Positions 60,198 through 64,000 of a DNA stretch of 64,000 nt are shown piece after piece. The DNA is from Candidatus Poribacteria bacterium. GTDB lineage: Bacteria > Poribacteria > WGA-4E > WGA-3G. Both the position numbers and the translations under genes were made by a program. Below the pieces are notes generated by a model, which saw only the letters and a program-made list of their open reading frames with translations, did no database searches and was not told the DNA's origin. Where the stretch lies: assembly GCA_965242965.1 (NCBI GenBank), contig OZ251518.1, forward strand, positions 5,472,001 to 5,536,000. Reading direction: 5' to 3'. Position 1 is the stretch's first letter, and the number at the start of each line of letters is the position of its first letter.

Positions 60198-60488
60198 TTA
60201 GGCTCCGTTGTTTCGGTAGTCCTTCAAGGTTTGCATCACATCGTCAAACGTTGGCGCGCGCAGGGCGGTGTAATGTAAATGCTCCAAGAGTTGCAAATCG
60301 GTGAGGGCCTCAAATGTAGGTTTGAAGAGAGCCACATCCGAATCGTCAAAGCGGGCGTCCAATACAGCAATGAGATCAGTAATGGCACTTTTTTGTTTCC
60401 CGAGTTCGATGCCCTCTTGAAATGCCTCTTCGCGTGCTTCTTGCAAGGGCTTCTCCATGAGGTGTTCGAGAATAGATGCATGTTTCAT
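60198..60488 (-). CDS. stand-alone RpnS-like cassette 1 (96 aa)
   Basis: TCGGAGGAAGACATG start; homologous to the C-terminus of 60607-61572. Confidence 0.8.
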   Translation of the reverse strand: MKHASILEHLMEKPLQEAREEAFQEGIELGKQKSAITDLIAVLDARFDDSDVALFKPTFEALTDLQLLEHLHYTALRAPTFDDVMQTLKDYRNNGA

Positions 60489-60606
60489 GTCTTCCTCCGA
60501 AAGAATGGTGTGGGCTATCTCCCGGTCATGGGCGCGATGGAGGCCGGAACGGGTGCGTTCTTGGCGTTCGTCCCACGCGGCTTGGGATGTGCCGCGTGGG
60601 TTGGCG

Positions 60607-60885
60607 TTAGGTTCCGTTGTTTCGGTAATCCTTCAAGGTTTGCATCACATCGTCAAACGTTGGCACGCGAAGGGCGGTGCGAAACAGCAGCCTAAGGAGT
60701 TGTGCATCGGTGATGGCCTCAAAGATAGGTTTGTAGAGATCTACATCCGAATCGTCAAAGCGGGTGTCTAATACCTCGATGAGGATCTCAATGCTGTTTT
60801 CTCGCGCGCCGAGTTCTCTTCCCTCTTGGCGTGCCTCTTGCAAGGGCTGCTGCATGAGGTGTTGGAAAATAGATGATTGTCTCAT
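60607..60885 (-). CDS. putative internally initiated RpnS-like protein of Rpn gene 2 (92 aa)
   Basis: In-frame ATG at 60885 with GGAGG 5 nt upstream, the same start context as the two downstream cassettes. Confidence 0.65.
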   Translation of the reverse strand: MRQSSIFQHLMQQPLQEARQEGRELGARENSIEILIEVLDTRFDDSDVDLYKPIFEAITDAQLLRLLFRTALRVPTFDDVMQTLKDYRNNGT

Positions 60886-61572
60886 GTCTTCCTCCGAAAT
60901 AATGGTGTAGATTGTCTCCGAGTCATGGGCAAGATTGCCAAATATCCCGGTAGCCATCAGTAAGTTGTCGATATTCGCCGTGTCAAGCGGCAATTGCCGC
61001 GTCGTCTCGACGCACTGCCGCAGCCACGTGACACTATCCACTCCCGCCGGTGGTTGCATCAGCGGCAGAAACGGCATCAAACCCGGCGGGCGCGCTTCCA
61101 GAAGCGGTCCTCCCTCAAGTTCATAAAGCCGAACCACTTCGTATTCCGAGATGAACCGTTGTCCGGGAACATCTACATTTTTAAAATAACCCCCCGGGTC
61201 CCTGCGACCGGCGGGTGGATAAAAGTAGATGACATACGACCGGATAGGAAGTTCGTTGTCCTCAGTGCATCTCCCCCGGTAGCCGGCAATTCGGCGTTCA
61301 ATCGAAATTGGGTAACTATCGTGCAGCTGATATTCACGATGGATGAGCGTCGGTTCGCCTTCCAGCGAGATTTTCGTCAGGCTATCCATGCGTCGGACAT
61401 CCATCGCCGGGAGTTCAATATCAATATGCTCTATGATTTCAAAGTCGGCGGTGCCGAGTATCAGGCGCAACATGTCCTTTGGAAATGCACGCGCCGCGTG
61501 CTTTGCGGCAATATCGTACCGGTCCACGGGCAAGTTGTCCCAGTCAAAGGGTGTATAAATGCTGTTTTCCAT
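60607..61572 (-). CDS. Rpn/YhgA-like PD-(D/E)XK nuclease 2
   Basis: YDIAAK, RRMDS..HREYQ, RRIAGY, VIYF and GLMPFLPLM motifs, with a EARQEGRELG tail; paralogue of 24333-25277. Confidence 0.8.
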   Translation of the reverse strand: MENSIYTPFDWDNLPVDRYDIAAKHAARAFPKDMLRLILGTADFEIIEHIDIELPAMDVRRMDSLTKISLEGEPTLIHREYQLHDSYPISIERRIAGYRGRCTEDNELPIRSYVIYFYPPAGRRDPGGYFKNVDVPGQRFISEYEVVRLYELEGGPLLEARPPGLMPFLPLMQPPAGVDSVTWLRQCVETTRQLPLDTANIDNLLMATGIFGNLAHDSETIYTIISEEDMRQSSIFQHLMQQPLQEARQEGRELGARENSIEILIEVLDTRFDDSDVDLYKPIFEAITDAQLLRLLFRTALRVPTFDDVMQTLKDYRNNGT

Positions 61573-61579
61573 ACACAAT

Positions 61580-61609
61580 AGGATACCATAGACGCGCCGT
61601 GGTTGTCAA
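61580..61609 (-). promoter_or_regulatory. sigma70 promoter of Rpn gene 2 (leaderless)
   Basis: TTGACA, 18 nt, (TGG)TATCCT; ATG follows after 7 nt. Confidence 0.65.
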
Positions 61610-61851
61610 GTTTTTCTGACGAGTTATAGCGATTTCGTTCTTCTATCCTGCCGAAAGTCGGTTTCACTATGCATAATTTTAGCAGATCTGGTATAATTAT
61701 TGCAATGTTTAAAATCTGAAAAATTTTGAATGAATTCGCCTTAAAGGGGTTAAAGTTTTAAAATCCAATTTTCGGTAGGAGGGACATCCTTGTCCCGATA
61801 GTGCTTACATTGCACCTCGGCGGGCACTCCTTCGGAGAAAACCAAATAATA

Positions 61852-62107
61852 GAGGGTGTTTCATAAATTTATCCCTTGAGGGGAGGCGCATCGGGCCCAC
61901 CACTGTAGTTCGGGATCGCCCGATCCCGAACGGGTCAAGATCAGGCGATCTTGACCTACAGACCTGGCGCGCGAGCGATGGCGAGGGAAACCCGCTCGCA
62001 TGCGCGTGTGGCATGCGAGGGCCCAAGCCCTACGTGAAGGAGCGGCGTTTTTTCACCGTAGCGCGGGGCCTGTCATCGCAACGTTGAGCGATTTATGAAA
62101 CACCCTC
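61852..62107. mobile_element. MITE-like element with 8-bp target duplication AAATAATA
   Basis: Perfect GAGGGTGTTTCATA / TATGAAACACCCTC ends; AAATAATA at 61844-61851 and 62108-62115. Confidence 0.88.
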
Positions 62108-62126
62108 AAATAATAGAGGAACAAAT

Positions 62127-64000
62127 ATGTCCGAAGAGCAAAACAAAAAAACAGAACTGCAACGGGGCACGATTGACGAATTGCCCCCATTTATTGATAA
62201 AACACTGAAGCACCTAGAGATTCGGTTTGAGCAGATTCGGTTCGCTGTCCAAAGCGATGTCAGTTCCTCAGGCGTTTTCGGCGAGGAATGGTTTGTAATG
62301 ACAGACGCGGCGGTTTTTACCGTCGCCGGTGATGGCAGTGTGATACACTTCATTCCGTATAAAAATGTGCTCGGCATCCGCGCCGAAGTGATGATAGACG
62401 CAGGGCTGCTGGTGTTAGAATCGCGCGAGGGCACCGTCGATCTGATTCGGTATTCCAACGGTTGCGCGGCGAAGTTCGGCTTCGTTGCACGCTTCATCGG
62501 TGATGAAATTGAGCACCGAGATGGGAAACGCGACGAAGCACCGATATGGGACTATAAAGTCGAAGAACAGGTTTGCGCATCGTGCGGATTGCCGTTGCCT
62601 GACGAATTCTCGCCTTGTCCGGCATGCACCAAAAAACATAAGGTAATGCTGCGGATTGCGTCGTATCTCAAACCGTATCGCACCAAAGCAATCCTTTTCA
62701 TCGCTTTCGTGATTAGCGGCACACTGATTTCGCTGGTGCCGCCTTACTTCTCCCGCATCTTGATAGACGACATTCTGGCGTTGAACGAAGCGGCGGCTGC
62801 GCAAACTCCCTCCGAGACGCAGATCGGCGCGATATTCCGCGCGATTCAACCAGTGACGATGGCACTAGCGATTGCGGTTGGCTGTCTGCTCGTCACGATG
62901 ATAATCCGCGAAATTATCACCGTCTTCCGATTAAGGTTGGGCGCGTGGTTGACATTCCGCGTGGCGGCAAGTATCCGAGCGCATGTCTATCGGCATCTAC
63001 ACAACCTCTCTATTCGGTTCTTTGACAAGCGCAAAACCGGTACGGTTATCTCGCACATCACCGAGGACAGCGAACGGCTTCAGGACTTTATGTTAGAAGG
63101 GTTGTCCTTCCTCGCCGTGGAGTTACTGCTGTTCTTCGGCATCGGCGGCATGCTATTTTGGATGAATTGGAGGCTTGCTTGCTTCATCTTGATTCCCATT
63201 CCTATTATCGTCTTCGGCGCGGGATGGTTTTGGAAAATAGTGCGTAACCTGTGGCACCGCGCCTGGCGACGCAGATCGAAGTTGTTTGATGTCGTGAACG
63301 ATTCTGTCTCCGGTATCCGAGTCGTGCGCGCCTTCGGAAGGCAGCGCGACGAGGTAACTCGGTTTGAGGAATCCAACATTGACGCACGCGATTATGAGAC
63401 ACACGCGGAACTCATCTGGGCGACTTACTATCCGCCGCTGATGTTTGCTGTGTCGCTCGGCACACTCATTGTATGGTATGTTGGCGGACTGGAGGTCCTC
63501 GGCGGCACAATGTCACTCGGCACGCTGATGGCGTTTCAAAGTTACTTAATGATGTTTTATGAGCCGCTGCGCTACATCAGTCCGCTCATCAACTGGGCAT
63601 CCCGTTCCATGACAGCGGCGGAACGCCTCTTTGAGGTAATTGACTCGCAACCGGAACAGATCGACGATGGCACGTTGGAATCAATGCCGAACATTACCGG
63701 TGAGGTGCTGTTTCACAACATGACGTTCGGCTACGAGTCGCATAAACCGGTGTTGAAGGACATCAACCTCCACGTCAAATCTGGGGAAATGATCGGACTC
63801 GTTGGGCATTCGGGTGCAGGGAAATCGACGCTGATTAATCTGATTTGCCGGTTCTATACGCCGGATGCCGGCCGCTTAGAAATCGATGGCGTAGAGATTG
63901 AGAAGATTCAACTTGATGATCTTCGGCGACAAATCGGGGTAGTGCTGCAAGAACCGTATCTGTTCAGCGGCACCATCGCCGAGAACATCGCCTATGCGCA
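62127..64000 (+). CDS. ABC exporter, fused permease and ATPase with N-terminal extension (truncated by window end)
   Basis: ATG after AGAGGA; FFDKRKTG in the membrane domain; Walker A GHSGAGKST; LRRQIGVVLQEP. Confidence 0.9.
   Translation, partial: MSEEQNKKTELQRGTIDELPPFIDKTLKHLEIRFEQIRFAVQSDVSSSGVFGEEWFVMTDAAVFTVAGDGSVIHFIPYKNVLGIRAEVMIDAGLLVLESREGTVDLIRYSNGCAAKFGFVARFIGDEIEHRDGKRDEAPIWDYKVEEQVCASCGLPLPDEFSPCPACTKKHKVMLRIASYLKPYRTKAILFIAFVISGTLISLVPPYFSRILIDDILALNEAAAAQTPSETQIGAIFRAIQPVTMALAIAVGCLLVTMIIREIITVFRLRLGAWLTFRVAASIRAHVYRHLHNLSIRFFDKRKTGTVISHITEDSERLQDFMLEGLSFLAVELLLFFGIGGMLFWMNWRLACFILIPIPIIVFGAGWFWKIVRNLWHRAWRRRSKLFDVVNDSVSGIRVVRAFGRQRDEVTRFEESNIDARDYETHAELIWATYYPPLMFAVSLGTLIVWYVGGLEVLGGTMSLGTLMAFQSYLMMFYEPLRYISPLINWASRSMTAAERLFEVIDSQPEQIDDGTLESMPNITGEVLFHNMTFGYESHKPVLKDINLHVKSGEMIGLVGHSGAGKSTLINLICRFYTPDAGRLEIDGVEIEKIQLDDLRRQIGVVLQEPYLFSGTIAENIAYA

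Larger units (their letters stand above)
100..62080. repeat. dispersed GTAG-type REP palindromes in most intergenic regions
   Basis: Classes include GTAG-CGCGGGGGCCTGTCCCCCGCG, GTAG-GGCGAGGGCCTGTCCCTCGCC, GTAG-GAGAGACCTCCCGGTCTCGAT, GTAG-TTCGGGATCGCCCGATCCCGAAC and GTAG-GCGCGGTTTCAAACCGCGCC. Confidence 0.9.

Noticed and set aside
59800-60606. Cassettes as an assembly stutter or DGR template repeats
   Set aside because: The copies differ by many substitutions and in-frame indels, the changes are not adenine-specific, and no reverse transcriptase is present in the window.

Overview
Bacterial chromosomal window with moderately high GC. The taxon is probably Candidatus Poribacteria, inferred from the secreted-protein C-terminal motifs NYPNPFNPETWIPY and VEPxxxxLTTTWG. 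The window opens with a CRISPR adaptation module (cas4-cas1 fusion, cas2) and an array of 31 repeats and 30 spacers; no effector genes are present in the window. Metabolic and housekeeping genes follow: frameshifted glcB, argH, pyrF, a selenocysteine formate dehydrogenase, pepA, leuA, aroF, tyrS and an orphan groEL. There are also secreted repeat proteins and several defence-type genes (HEPN-like protein, DUF262/GmrSD-like protein, single-chain type IIG-like RM enzyme, two Rpn nucleases). Intergenic DNA is saturated with GTAG-type REP palindromes. Main observations: (1) an Rpn nuclease with an internal RBS for its small C-terminal protein, followed by two divergent stand-alone copies of that module, a candidate antitoxin cassette array; (2) non-autonomous elements with GAGGGTGTTTCATA ends and 8-bp target duplications that carry REP clusters into promoter regions; (3) REP sequences sitting in frame inside proteins; (4) a likely aromatic-amino-acid leader-peptide attenuator before aroF-leuA. 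All calls come from reading the sequence; no database searches were run.
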